A stretch of 64,000 nt of DNA from positions 7,469-71,468 of the IMG/VR virus record IMGVR_UViG_3300046474_000237. One strand, given 5' to 3'. The position numbers and the translations under genes are program-made. The notes under the pieces are model-generated. The model was not told where the DNA came from, searched no databases, and saw only the letters and a list, made by a program, of their open reading frames with translations. The stretch comes from a virus. Lineage: Duplodnaviria; Heunggongvirae; Uroviricota; Caudoviricetes. Positions 19,229 to 27,075 of this stretch are shown here, piece after piece (positions within the stretch are counted from its first letter, which is position 1; each line of letters starts with the position of its first letter).

Positions 19229-19312
19229 CCGACTGTGGTGAAATGGCATACACAGGAGACTTAAACCCTCCCGCCCTTGGGCATACCAGTTCGAGTCTGG
19301 TCAGTCGGACCA
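19229..19312 (+). tRNA. tRNA-Leu (anticodon TAA), long variable arm, CCA encoded
   Basis: Hand fold: acceptor ccgactg/cagtcgg, D-stem gtg/cac, anticodon stem-loop ggaga-cttaaac-cctcc, variable hairpin gccc..gggc, T-arm accag-ttcgagt-ctggt, then acca. Confidence 0.65.
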
Positions 19313-19328
19313 ACAATTTGGAGTCATC

Positions 19329-19736
19329 ATGGCTTTGACGATTCAACAGACTTTTGACAAAGTTGCAGATCATCTCTTGACGCAGAATGCAAAGAGCAAA
19401 AAAGTGATTGGCGGAGACGATCTGGATTTTCCTAAGGAGTTTACTTCAGGATGCGCGTATCGTGGTGAAAAAGGAAGAATGTGTGCGGTGGGATGTCTGA
19501 TTCCGGACGAGCTTTACGATCCGCAAATGGAGAATAAAACTTCAAGCCATGTTCTTTCATCGTATCCTAAAGTTCAGGAGTTGTTTGAAAATGTAAATGA
19601 CGTAAATCCTCTTCTTAATGATCTTCAAGCGCTTCATGACGATAGTGGGCCTTACGCATGGCTCGATGGCCTTACCGGTATTGCTGAGCAATATAATCTC
19701 AGCAAAGAAGTGCTAAAGAAATATGAATCTGTTTAA
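19329..19736 (+). CDS. hypothetical protein
   Basis: 135-aa ORF with an RBS. Confidence 0.5.
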   Translation: MALTIQQTFDKVADHLLTQNAKSKKVIGGDDLDFPKEFTSGCAYRGEKGRMCAVGCLIPDELYDPQMENKTSSHVLSSYPKVQELFENVNDVNPLLNDLQALHDDSGPYAWLDGLTGIAEQYNLSKEVLKKYESV

Positions 19737-19868
19737 AGACGTTTACGAAAACGAGAGTTGGAAGTCGCTAAAAGACGACGGCGATTTTCAGCTATTCAAA
19801 GCCGATGATGTACCAGAGGACGCTTTCAAGGATGATGGCGATCCTAATTTTTTTGGACGGGACGAAAA

Positions 19869-20114
19869 ATGAAAGTAGTGTTTGCACCCCACGCCGTTGC
19901 ATCTCTTATCGAGGAAGTCGGTGAAGAAGAAGCACAAAAAATCATGGCAGAAATCGAAGCCTCAGTCGCTGACGGTACGTTCTTTGAAGGAGGTGAGCCT
20001 CTTGATCTTGCAGAGCTTGAACAAGAAGACCCTGAAGCTTACGAAGAACTCTGCAAGCAAATCGAAGCGATGCCGGTAGAAGAGCGTATGGCTGTGAAGC
20101 CGACGTATCACTAA
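19869..20114 (+). CDS. hypothetical acidic protein
   Basis: 81 aa, Glu-rich. RBS GGACG...AAAATG. Confidence 0.45.
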   Translation: MKVVFAPHAVASLIEEVGEEEAQKIMAEIEASVADGTFFEGGEPLDLAELEQEDPEAYEELCKQIEAMPVEERMAVKPTYH

Positions 20115-20163
20115 AACTAATCAGTACATACCACAATAATCAAATCCGCTACGGGGTATTAAA

Positions 20164-20421
20164 ATGCAAGGTATGAAATACATTATTGTAAATGATAAGC
20201 ATGCACTTATCTTTCCCGCTGCATTGTATCACCGAGACGCGTTTCTATTTTTTAGGAGTGGGACCAGCGGAGGCAAAGTAACTGGCGCTGGTTATATCGG
20301 TGCCGATGATAAGGGTAAGCTTTTCCTGTACGGACGTAGTGAAGGGTTCAATCTCGATGCTGACCCAAAAGATATTGAGCTGATTATGCAGGCACTGCAT
20401 CGTCCTGAGTTCTGTCGATAG
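20164..20421 (+). CDS. hypothetical protein
   Basis: 85 aa. Its 3' end overlaps the convergent HNH gene. Confidence 0.45.
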   Translation: MQGMKYIIVNDKHALIFPAALYHRDAFLFFRSGTSGGKVTGAGYIGADDKGKLFLYGRSEGFNLDADPKDIELIMQALHRPEFCR

Positions 20422-20761
20422 GATCTTTATCGATTTTGTCCAACTCAAAGTGAATTTCTCGGTGACAATTAGCACAGACCAAAATACACTTGTCTAGTTC
20501 TATTTTCATTTTCTCCCAGGACTTTGTAATTCCGGATTGTGCTAATCCAAAATCTTTTTCAGTCGGGTCTACGTGGTGAAATTCTAAAGCTGCTACGCAT
20601 TTGTTATAGTTGCAGTTTTGGCATTTACCACCTTTGTATTCTATTGCCCTAAGCTTTAATCTACGACGAGTTCTATCGACGTGATATTTGTTTTTACATC
20701 CTGGACTACAGAACTTTTGCTTAGCTTCTTTCAGGCATAAATGCCATGCACATTTACTCAT
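20384..20761 (-). CDS. HNH endonuclease (CX2C...HH...CANCH family)
   Basis: GGKCQNCNYNKCVAALEFHHVDPTEKDF...CANCHREIH. Paralogous to the C-termini of the ORFs at 28060 and 39521. Minus-strand insertion in a plus-strand region. Confidence 0.7.
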   Translation of the reverse strand: MSKCAWHLCLKEAKQKFCSPGCKNKYHVDRTRRRLKLRAIEYKGGKCQNCNYNKCVAALEFHHVDPTEKDFGLAQSGITKSWEKMKIELDKCILVCANCHREIHFELDKIDKDPIDRTQDDAVPA

Positions 20762-20853
20762 AAAGATTAACTTCCATTGTTAATACTATTATAAATTAAT
20801 AAAAGTGTTGACGCAATTGAAAGTTCTGTATTAAAATTATCTTTACTGACAGT

Positions 20854-20932
20854 TCCACGGAACCCGAGCATGGTGCACGGGCTTGACTGTTAATCAATGA
20901 CTAGTAGGGTTCGATACCCTAACGTGGAGCCA
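20854..20932 (+). tRNA. tRNA-Asn (anticodon GTT), CCA encoded
   Basis: Acceptor tccacgg/acgtgga (6 of 7 bp). D-stem cccg/cggg. Anticodon loop ctgttaa. T-arm taggg-ttcgata-cccta. Some mispairs. Confidence 0.5.
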
Positions 20933-20940
20933 TAAAATTT

Positions 20941-21016
20941 GGGGGATTAGCTCATTTGATAGAGCGCCGCACTTGCACTGCGGAGGTGACCGGTTTGACC
21001 CCGGTATCCTCCACCA
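20941..21016 (+). tRNA. tRNA-Ala (anticodon TGC)
   Basis: Acceptor gggggat/atcctcc. Anticodon stem-loop ccgca-cttgcac-tgcgg. CCA encoded. Confidence 0.8.
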
Positions 21017-21024
21017 AGAATAAT

Positions 21025-21109
21025 GGGGCTGTGGTGGAATTGGCAGACACGCTGGTCTTAGAAGCCAGTGCCGAAAGGCGTAACGGTTCAAGTCCGTTCA
21101 GCCCTACCA
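21025..21109 (+). tRNA. tRNA-Leu (anticodon TAG), long variable arm
   Basis: Acceptor ggggctg/cagccct. Anticodon loop cttagaa. Variable arm gccgaaaggc. T-arm ggttcaagtcc. Confidence 0.75.
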
Positions 21110-21123
21110 AACAAAGAAGTACA

Positions 21124-21330
21124 ATGATTCAAACAACGTTATACTTTCACAGTAGTAAAGAAGATAACTATTACACTGGAATGGATCTCGGTCTTATAGG
21201 CGAAGCCTTACATAGATTTAGGTATGCTGGATATGAGATCAGTGTAGGGGTAGAAGTTAACCCTGAAACAGGAGAAACCTTCGCAACGAGTTTTGCAGGG
21301 CTTCCACTTCCGGGTAAAGTACAGATTTAG
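21124..21330 (+). CDS. hypothetical small protein between tRNA genes
   Basis: 68-aa ORF. It is the tail of the longer six-frame ORF 20956-21330 that runs across two tRNAs. Confidence 0.35.
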   Translation: MIQTTLYFHSSKEDNYYTGMDLGLIGEALHRFRYAGYEISVGVEVNPETGETFATSFAGLPLPGKVQI

Positions 21331-21331
21331 T

Positions 21332-21409
21332 TGGGGTGTCGCCTAGTCCGGCCTAAGGCACTGCGCTTTGACCGCAGGATCATTGGTTCAAATCCAATCA
21401 CCCTTACCA
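21332..21409 (+). tRNA. tRNA-Gln (anticodon TTG)
   Basis: Anticodon stem-loop ctgcg-ctttgac-cgcag. T-arm attgg-ttcaaat-ccaat. T1:T72 terminal mispair. Confidence 0.7.
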
Positions 21410-21418
21410 TGTAACAAC

Positions 21419-21510
21419 GGAAGATTGGCAGAGTCCGGCTTATTGCATCACTCTTGAAAAGTGAAGGCCCCTTAAAAGGTCCATCCGTTCAAATCGGATA
21501 TTTTCCTCCA
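21419..21510 (+). tRNA. tRNA-Ser (anticodon TGA), long variable arm
   Basis: Acceptor ggaagat/attttcc. Anticodon stem-loop tcact-cttgaaa-agtga. T-arm atccg-ttcaaat-cggat. Confidence 0.75.
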
Positions 21511-21521
21511 GTAACAACAAC

Positions 21522-21597
21522 GTCGTATTAGTTTATCGGTTCAGAACACTGGCCTTTCACGCCGGAGAGACGAGTTCAATTCTCGTATACGACTCCA
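21522..21597 (+). tRNA. tRNA-Glu (anticodon TTC)
   Basis: Acceptor gtcgtat/atacgac. Anticodon stem-loop ctggc-ctttcac-gccgg. CCA encoded. Confidence 0.75.
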
Positions 21598-21607
21598 TTA
21601 ACAGAAT

Positions 21608-21692
21608 AGAAGCTTGGCAGAGTGGTCGATTGCAGCTGGTTGCTAACCAGTAGACTCGAAAGGGTCCACAGGTTCAAATCCTGTAGCTTCTT
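21608..21692 (+). tRNA. tRNA-Ser (anticodon GCT), long variable arm, no encoded CCA
   Basis: Acceptor agaagct/agcttct. Anticodon stem-loop gctgg-ttgctaa-ccagt. T-arm acagg-ttcaaat-cctgt. Confidence 0.7.
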
Positions 21693-21710
21693 AACAAATG
21701 AGGTGTCATC

Positions 21711-22106
21711 ATGGCTGACCATAAAATCGCCATTATTTTCACAGATGAACGTTGGGATGATCGTGATGAAAGTTATCGAAAAATCATTGAACGTATCACT
21801 GATTGGTCCATTGTAACTCAAGAAGAATTTCAACTCCTTCATGATTACCAGTGGAAGAAGGGATTTAATCTCATTGAAATTCCGATCAACCAAGACGCTT
21901 TCATCAAAGAGACAGTAGCATCTATCTTGGTAGAGATTCAAAAGAAACAAGAGGAAGCAGAACGTAAGAAGGCTGAGCGAAAAAAGGCAATAGAAGCTAA
22001 CCGTGTTAAAACCGAAGCACTTGCTCGTGAAAAGAAACTCGAACAGCTTGCTAAACTTCAACGTGAATTAGGGCTTGTGCCAGATGCCAGTAAAGAAGTT
22101 TCCTAA
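21711..22106 (+). CDS. hypothetical protein (basic KKAERKKA-rich C-terminus)
   Basis: 131-aa ORF with RBS gaggtg immediately after tRNA-Ser. Confidence 0.5.
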   Translation: MADHKIAIIFTDERWDDRDESYRKIIERITDWSIVTQEEFQLLHDYQWKKGFNLIEIPINQDAFIKETVASILVEIQKKQEEAERKKAERKKAIEANRVKTEALAREKKLEQLAKLQRELGLVPDASKEVS

Positions 22107-22455
22107 ACGTGTTCTTCAAGACCTTCTGGGGGAAGACATTGAAGAATTCGAAGGTCAGAACATCGAAATAGTTTCTGACAAAATAGTTGATAATACTCGA
22201 TGGTCGATTGTCAGCCATCTTCTCTTTAAGCACGGCGACAAATTTTACTTTACTAGTTATAGTAGAGGTGCTACAGAGAATCAAGATGAACGGCCTTTTG
22301 AGTATGCAAACGCAGAAATCGAATGCCCAGAAATGGAACAGTATGAAGTCGTTGTAAAGAAATACAGGAAGGTTCCTGATGTCAGCGAAAACAATGCAGT
22401 ACAAGGACACACTTCTGTCAATGAACAGCGACCTGTTCAAGCTCCTGCAAAGTAA
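22084..22455 (+). CDS. hypothetical protein
   Basis: The six-frame ORF starts at 22075; the internal ATG at 22084 reduces the overlap. Confidence 0.45.
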   Translation: MPVKKFPKRVLQDLLGEDIEEFEGQNIEIVSDKIVDNTRWSIVSHLLFKHGDKFYFTSYSRGATENQDERPFEYANAEIECPEMEQYEVVVKKYRKVPDVSENNAVQGHTSVNEQRPVQAPAK

Positions 22456-22550
22456 CGAGCACGGAAAAGCTGAAAAGATGTACAAAGAATTATCGGATGC
22501 GTTTCACAAAGCCAATCCTGGCTGGAAACCGTATCCTCCTAAAAACTAAT

Positions 22551-22636
22551 GGGGCTGCGGTAGAGTTGGAGAGCTGCGAGTGGCTGTAACCCACTTCCCT
22601 CTGGGTGAATACGTTCGAATCGTATCAGCCTCACCA
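22551..22636 (+). tRNA. tRNA-Tyr (anticodon GTA), long variable arm
   Basis: Acceptor ggggctg/cagcctc. Anticodon stem-loop agtgg-ctgtaac-ccact. T-arm atacg-ttcgaat-cgtat. CCA encoded. Confidence 0.75.
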
Positions 22637-22650
22637 TTAAAGAGGTTCGT

Positions 22651-22806
22651 ATGAAAAAGCTTAAAGCTTGGTTCATCGAATGGAATAGACGAAGAAAGAT
22701 GGACCCGTTCGAACGGGCTTTACTTAGAGAGCAGGAGTTTCAAGCCGCTCTACAGGCAAAGATACTGTATGTACTGAAGAAGATGCGAGAGCGAGGCGAA
22801 ATATGA
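22651..22806 (+). CDS. small hypothetical protein (51 aa)
   Basis: RBS aagagg 8 nt upstream. ATGA overlap with the PTH2 gene. Confidence 0.4.
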   Translation: MKKLKAWFIEWNRRRKMDPFERALLREQEFQAALQAKILYVLKKMRERGEI

Positions 22807-23216
22807 GCCATAAGCAAGTAATTGTGATGCGCAAAGATCTTGGAATGCGCAAAGGCAAGATGATCGCTCAAGGTGCTCATGCAAGTATGAAAGCGATTCT
22901 TGATCAAGGCCTTTATGAAAAACTTACCGAAGTAAGGGTTAACGAACAAGAGCTTGTGTATTTTCATCTCCATGTTGATACACGTATGAAGGACTGGCTC
23001 CTAGGCAACTTCAAGAAAGTCTGCGTGTATGTAAATTCTGAAGAAGAACTGTTAGCCCTCTATGCAAAAGCAATGGAAGCTGGCATAATTACTACATTGA
23101 TTACAGATGCAGGACTTACGGAATTTAACGGTGTCCCGACCAATACATGCATTGCAGTAGGTCCGGACTTCGATGCCAAGATCGATGAAATCACTGGGCA
23201 CTTGCCCCTGTTGTAA
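22803..23216 (+). CDS. pth2: peptidyl-tRNA hydrolase, PTH2 family
   Basis: MRKDLGMRKGKMIAQGAHAS and the C-terminal LITDAGLTEFNGVPTNTCIAVGP match the PTH2 signature. Confidence 0.75.
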   Translation: MSHKQVIVMRKDLGMRKGKMIAQGAHASMKAILDQGLYEKLTEVRVNEQELVYFHLHVDTRMKDWLLGNFKKVCVYVNSEEELLALYAKAMEAGIITTLITDAGLTEFNGVPTNTCIAVGPDFDAKIDEITGHLPLL

Positions 23217-23222
23217 AATTAT

Positions 23223-23296
23223 GTCGGGGTGGCCGAGCGTAAAGGCAGGAAGCTGCAACCTTCCCTAGACTGGTTAAACTCCGGTCCCCGACTCCA
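23223..23296 (+). tRNA. tRNA-Cys (anticodon GCA)
   Basis: Acceptor gtcgggg/ccccgac. Anticodon stem-loop ggaag-ctgcaac-cttcc. T-arm actgg-ttaaact-ccggt. CCA encoded. Confidence 0.7.
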
Positions 23297-23349
23297 GATT
23301 TAATAACAGGTCTGACTGCTACCTGAATCAAAAAGACAGTCGAGAATTT

Positions 23350-23424
23350 GGCTTAATCATATAACGGTTATTATGCTGGACTGTCTATCCGGTCATAGGG
23401 GTTCGATTCCCCTTTAAGTCGCCA
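23350..23424 (+). tRNA. tRNA-Asp (anticodon GTC)
   Basis: Acceptor ggcttaa/ttaagtc. Anticodon stem-loop ctgga-ctgtcta-tccgg. T-arm agggg-ttcgatt-cccct. CCA encoded. Confidence 0.75.
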
Positions 23425-23693
23425 TGAAACATAAACCGTATTTAGCGTGGTTGGTTGTGAGTAGAATTACAGATATTGTTAAAGCCGGAAAGCCGGTTAA
23501 GTTTGTGCGTTATCAAAAGAACGAACTGTGGTATGTAACTGATTGTGGATTTGAATTCCCAGTTCCAATCAACGATACAGGCGATGCAGCATTTTTGCCT
23601 GAAGATAAGCCGATGTTGTTTATGCGATGGATGAATGCTCATATGAAAACCATCGAGAAAGCAAAGCAAGAGCAAGAAATTACGCTGGGATAA
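23424..23693 (+). CDS. hypothetical protein
   Basis: 89-aa ORF beginning at the last base of tRNA-Asp. Confidence 0.45.
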   Translation: MKHKPYLAWLVVSRITDIVKAGKPVKFVRYQKNELWYVTDCGFEFPVPINDTGDAAFLPEDKPMLFMRWMNAHMKTIEKAKQEQEITLG

Positions 23694-23788
23694 TTCAAGC
23701 CCACAGCCAGAAGTAAAGTCACATGGTATGTGATGAAGGTATGGCCGTAACGTCCCCACGGTAATGACGTTAAACTTGTAGCCGCAAT

Positions 23789-23865
23789 GCCCCTATAGCT
23801 CAGTTGGAAGAGCACTCGACTTGTAATCGAGAGGTCACGCGTTCGAACCGCCGTTAGGGGCACCA
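23789..23865 (+). tRNA. tRNA-Thr (anticodon TGT)
   Basis: Acceptor gccccta/taggggc. Anticodon stem-loop ctcga-cttgtaa-tcgag. T-loop ttcgaac. One extra nucleotide at the T-stem/acceptor junction. Confidence 0.7.
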
Positions 23866-23874
23866 AATTTTAAA

Positions 23875-23950
23875 CCTAGGGTAGCTCAGTTGGTAGAGCA
23901 CGTGCCTGAAGAGCATGGTGTCGCTGGTTCAATCCCAGCCCCTAGGGCCA
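23875..23950 (+). tRNA. tRNA-Phe (anticodon GAA)
   Basis: Acceptor cctaggg/ccctagg (C1-G72). Anticodon stem-loop cgtgc-ctgaaga-gcatg. T-arm gctgg-ttcaatc-ccagc. Confidence 0.75.
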
Positions 23951-23959
23951 ATACTCAGT

Positions 23960-24033
23960 TGCGGGATGGAGAAGTGCTATCTCAGGAGTCTCATAAGCTC
24001 CAGTCTCGGGTTGGATCCCCGATCCCGCTACCA
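23960..24033 (+). tRNA. tRNA-Met or tRNA-Ile2 (anticodon CAT)
   Basis: D-stem gaga/tctc. Anticodon stem-loop ggagt-ctcataa-gctcc. T-arm tcggg-ttggatc-cccga. 1:72 mispair. Confidence 0.7.
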
Positions 24034-24038
24034 GTAAT

Positions 24039-24114
24039 GGGAACTTAGCTCAGTTGGTAGAGCGGCATCCTTACACGGTGCATGTCACAGGTTCGACCCC
24101 TGTAGTTCTCACCA
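24039..24114 (+). tRNA. tRNA-Val (anticodon TAC)
   Basis: Acceptor gggaact/agttctc. Anticodon stem-loop gcatc-cttacac-ggtgc. T-arm acagg-ttcgacc-cctgt. Confidence 0.8.
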
Positions 24115-24122
24115 TTAACATT

Positions 24123-24200
24123 CCGCGTCTAGCTCATGATTGGTAGAGCATTCGGCTGATAACCGAAAGGTGCCAGGATCATCGCCTGGGATGCGGACCA
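24123..24200 (+). tRNA. tRNA-Ile (anticodon GAT)
   Basis: Acceptor ccgcgtc/gatgcgg. Anticodon stem-loop ttcgg-ctgataa-ccgaa. Non-canonical T-loop atcatcg. Confidence 0.7.
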
Positions 24201-24809
24201 CTAATCAATTTTGAGTTTGTTGTGTTTAACAACTTTTACACATAGCTCAAAAAACTCTTCTAAAGAAAGATCGCCTTTAGCGAAGTTTGCTGCCTTGGTA
24301 GCGAATTCACAATTTTCAAGGGTGTTCAAACCTCCTTTAGATCTAGGTACTCTGTGATCTAGGCTGTAACTTGCAGTATCGCCAAAGTCTATTGTGTCAC
24401 CTGTTAGATAACAAGTCGAACCACATTTTTCTAAAAGATTTTTAGAACTAAAAGTAACAGGTTCCATAATTTTGTTTCCCTGTCTATAATCGGCAGCTCT
24501 CATAAAATTCTTAATTTTGCTTCTGATGGGGTTTGTTTTTGAAATACGTTGATGTTCTGGCGTTTTAAAAACAGTTTGAGTTTTAGGCTCTATATACGGT
24601 ATATACATAAACGTTTCTATTTTTCGCTTTAAAGGATCAGCTTTCCTTCTGCGATTTTGAGACGTTTTGAATTTGTCTTTAGAAGTATTGTTGCAATAGT
24701 ATGCGACTGTAGATTTTGCGCAGCCTAATTGCTCAACGATTTTGTTGTAGGATAAGCCTTGACTTCTTAGTTCAAGTATCTTATCCTTAAGTGTAGTTTC
24801 ATTATCCAT
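24201..24809 (-). CDS. HNH homing endonuclease (N-terminal HTH, C-terminal HNH motif DHRVPRSKGG...N)
   Basis: YSLDHRVPRSKGGLNTLENCEFATKAANFAKGD. On the minus strand, abutting tRNA-Ile inside the tRNA cluster. AT-rich codon usage. Confidence 0.75.
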   Translation of the reverse strand: MDNETTLKDKILELRSQGLSYNKIVEQLGCAKSTVAYYCNNTSKDKFKTSQNRRRKADPLKRKIETFMYIPYIEPKTQTVFKTPEHQRISKTNPIRSKIKNFMRAADYRQGNKIMEPVTFSSKNLLEKCGSTCYLTGDTIDFGDTASYSLDHRVPRSKGGLNTLENCEFATKAANFAKGDLSLEEFFELCVKVVKHNKLKID

Positions 24810-24814
24810 AATTC

Positions 24815-24855
24815 GGTTCGATTCATTAATTCGTTATTATAATATGAATCGAACC
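24815..24855. promoter_or_regulatory. 12-bp perfect inverted repeat in a divergent intergenic region (possible operator)
   Basis: ggttcgattcat ...17 nt... atgaatcgaacc, between the minus-strand HNH gene and the plus-strand gene at 24874. Confidence 0.4.
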
Positions 24856-24873
24856 ATTGAGTAAAGAGTAGTA

Positions 24874-25305
24874 ATGAGCACAGCAGAAGTAAAAGCATCA
24901 ATCGATTCTCTAAACGAATTTATTGAAGAGTTTCAAATCGCAGTAAGGGTTGCAAAGGACAATTTTAAAACTGTCATTAAAGACAAGTCTATTCCTCTAA
25001 AAGAACGCTGGGAACTTTTCGTTAAGGCACCTACTGAACTTAGAGAAAAAGACAATTGGATCCAGAGTTTTAAAGCCCTAGACGAAGCTTTAGGTAGTCA
25101 AGTAAGTTGGTATGATGACTTTAATAGAGAACGTCACGAAACAGTTTATCTACTGGACATTGTTAGTGACCTCGAATACCTCATTAAAGATTGCGAACTC
25201 TGCTCCAAGCGCTTTGAAGGCTTTGTTAATAAGCCAGAGCTGCTAGATCAGTTTAAAGAAGAAATTCTAGAAAAGAACATAGAGTCTTTCGAATACGATT
25301 GGTAA
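24874..25305 (+). CDS. hypothetical protein
   Basis: 143-aa ORF with an RBS. Confidence 0.5.
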   Translation: MSTAEVKASIDSLNEFIEEFQIAVRVAKDNFKTVIKDKSIPLKERWELFVKAPTELREKDNWIQSFKALDEALGSQVSWYDDFNRERHETVYLLDIVSDLEYLIKDCELCSKRFEGFVNKPELLDQFKEEILEKNIESFEYDW

Positions 25306-25310
25306 TAAAT

Positions 25311-25481
25311 ATGAGCGTCCTTGATTATGAGTCTGAGTGGTGTAAAGCTCAGCTAGAGACAGTAAGAAGGGAACGCAACGAAGTAAGCTGTAATTGCTGG
25401 ATAGTTTGCACAGAAGAATGTGAGACGGAGAAAGCCAAATGTTTGATCGAGCAGAACGGCGTCACCACACAGACAGACTGA
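25311..25481 (+). CDS. hypothetical Cys-rich small protein
   Basis: The six-frame ORF starts at 25299. Overlaps the next ORF in another frame; only one of the two may be real. Confidence 0.3.
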   Translation: MSVLDYESEWCKAQLETVRRERNEVSCNCWIVCTEECETEKAKCLIEQNGVTTQTD

Positions 25482-25681
25482 AAGAAAATCGCAAATCATA
25501 CGGTTGGCGTAAAGAACCGTTAACACCAAAGCAGCTAAGCTCAATGGTGAAACACCCCCAGATGTGTTCTTGCTCTGGGTGTGGCAATCCCCGTAGACAT
25601 AAATGGTTTAAGGGTGAGTGTTTAACACTTCAAGAACGTTCACAAATAGAAGCTCTTAAAACTTACGAGTTGGAAGAGTAA
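25439..25681 (+). CDS. hypothetical zinc-binding protein (CSCSGCG)
   Basis: Good RBS ggagaaag 8 nt upstream. Confidence 0.5.
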   Translation: MFDRAERRHHTDRLKENRKSYGWRKEPLTPKQLSSMVKHPQMCSCSGCGNPRRHKWFKGECLTLQERSQIEALKTYELEE

Positions 25682-25689
25682 ATCTTAAC

Positions 25690-25766
25690 CTCCGATTAGC
25701 TCAGCCAGGTAGAGCGCTAGATTTGGGATCTAGAGGCCAGACGTTCGATCCGTCTATCGGAGACCA
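25690..25766 (+). tRNA. tRNA-Pro (anticodon TGG)
   Basis: Acceptor ctccgat/atcggag. Anticodon stem-loop ctaga-tttggga-tctag. T-arm agacg-ttcgatc-cgtct. CCA encoded. Confidence 0.8.
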
Positions 25767-25783
25767 TAATTCAAGGAGTCAGC

Positions 25784-26386
25784 ATGATAGTAAGGAGCAC
25801 ACCTCCTGTAAATCTTGGTACTCACAGTTTGTTGTCCACTCCTGAACTCATGTTTGTCCAGTATATGCCTGTGCGTATGCCTGGAACTGACGTTCGAATT
25901 CCACCAAACCTTCAATGCTTTAAGCCTCTGGTAGACGTATCTGGATACTACGAGGATGAATACGTTTATCTCACAGCCAAACATATCTTTGTAACTCCGG
26001 ATAATCCTGGAAATAGGCCTGGCTGGCACATCGATGGGTATGGTACAACTGATATCAATCTCATTTGGTACAGTTCTATGCCCACCGAGTTCTGTGTTCA
26101 AGACTTTAACCTTTGGGAAGATCACGAAGGTGCAATGAGGGATATGGAGCAACAGGCTAAACCTGAAAACATAAAAACGTATCCTCCAGGTTCTCTGCTA
26201 ATTCTGACCAATAAGATAGTCCATCGTACAGCTGAATGCAAAGAGGGTCACTACCGCACCTTTGTCAAGATTTCTTTGTCTAAGGATCAGTACAATCTCA
26301 AGGGCAACGCTCACAACTATCTCTTCGACTACAGTTGGAATATGGTAGAGCGTGGCGAAACCCGAAATCATACTACTCACAAATAA
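25784..26386 (+). CDS. 2OG-Fe(II) oxygenase superfamily protein
   Basis: GWHIDGYG (HxD) plus the downstream IVHRT His and the RTFVKIS Arg fit the 2OG oxygenase facial triad. Confidence 0.45.
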   Translation: MIVRSTPPVNLGTHSLLSTPELMFVQYMPVRMPGTDVRIPPNLQCFKPLVDVSGYYEDEYVYLTAKHIFVTPDNPGNRPGWHIDGYGTTDINLIWYSSMPTEFCVQDFNLWEDHEGAMRDMEQQAKPENIKTYPPGSLLILTNKIVHRTAECKEGHYRTFVKISLSKDQYNLKGNAHNYLFDYSWNMVERGETRNHTTHK

Positions 26387-26387
26387 C

Positions 26388-26672
26388 ATGTGCAAAGATC
26401 TCACTCTGGAACAATTTGAGAAAGCAGTTCTTGTAGCTACTCTCGAATTTACGCAAGTCGATGTTCAAGAAACTACTCAGGCCCTTGAAGGTAAAATTCA
26501 TCGCACGTTTTCGGACCTAGGAATGGATAGTCTCGACATGGTCGAAATTATCATGGTCGTTGAAGACGAGCTTGGAGTTTATTTCGAAGACAACGATCTT
26601 GAAGAATTCGATCAAAAGATGCTTGCCGAAGAAGCTGCACCGTTTCTTTTCAAACTAAATCTAGGAAACTGA
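26388..26672 (+). CDS. acpP: acyl carrier protein
   Basis: FSDLGMDSLDMVEIIMVVEDELGV is the canonical ACP phosphopantetheine-attachment motif (DSL). ATG one base after the upstream stop; the six-frame ORF starts at a GTG at 26352. Confidence 0.75.
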   Translation: MCKDLTLEQFEKAVLVATLEFTQVDVQETTQALEGKIHRTFSDLGMDSLDMVEIIMVVEDELGVYFEDNDLEEFDQKMLAEEAAPFLFKLNLGN

Positions 26673-26730
26673 ATGTTCAACGAAGCTTATTATCACAACT
26701 GGCATATATGCAACTCACAGGAGAACATAT

Positions 26731-27024
26731 ATGTCAAGAACCGTCCGTCGAAAGAACTACGTACCGATCTGGGTAACGCATAACTGGGACCACATTCCTT
26801 TCACCAATGCTTGGAAACGTGTCCCGAAAGAGGGCAAGGAACTGACTCAAGCCCTTCATAAGCACCACGGTGATACGAACCGGTGGACTTGGCCTTCCAA
26901 GTGGATTCGTCAGCAATGCCAGATCAAACACCGCGCTGAAGCATGCGTTGAACTCAATCGTTACAAGAAGAACGAAGAGTACGAAGTCATCATTCCTCGT
27001 AAAGAACTTCTTCCGTGGGACTGA
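26731..27024 (+). CDS. hypothetical protein
   Basis: RBS aggaga upstream. 97 aa. Confidence 0.5.
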   Translation: MSRTVRRKNYVPIWVTHNWDHIPFTNAWKRVPKEGKELTQALHKHHGDTNRWTWPSKWIRQQCQIKHRAEACVELNRYKKNEEYEVIIPRKELLPWD

Positions 27025-27075
27025 TATATAGAACTGCTTGACTTAGGTTGAGCAGTTCATTAAACTAGAAACATC

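Noticed and set aside
19117-19338. 73-aa + strand ORF
   Set aside because: The span is occupied by a promoter, a leader hairpin and tRNA-Leu(TAA).
20956-21330. 124-aa + strand ORF
   Set aside because: Its 5' two-thirds run straight through tRNA-Ala and tRNA-Leu(TAG). Only the 3' tail (21124-21330) is retained as a low-confidence small CDS.
21576-22061. 161-aa minus-strand ORF
   Set aside because: It overlaps tRNA-Glu, tRNA-Ser(GCT) and the + strand gene 21711-22106. It has a low-complexity Leu/Phe-rich translation from AT-rich antisense.
23297-23349. Possible additional tRNA between tRNA-Cys and tRNA-Asp
   Set aside because: It has only a short imperfect stem (gactg...cagtc) and no T-arm or acceptor complementarity. 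It is treated as a spacer.
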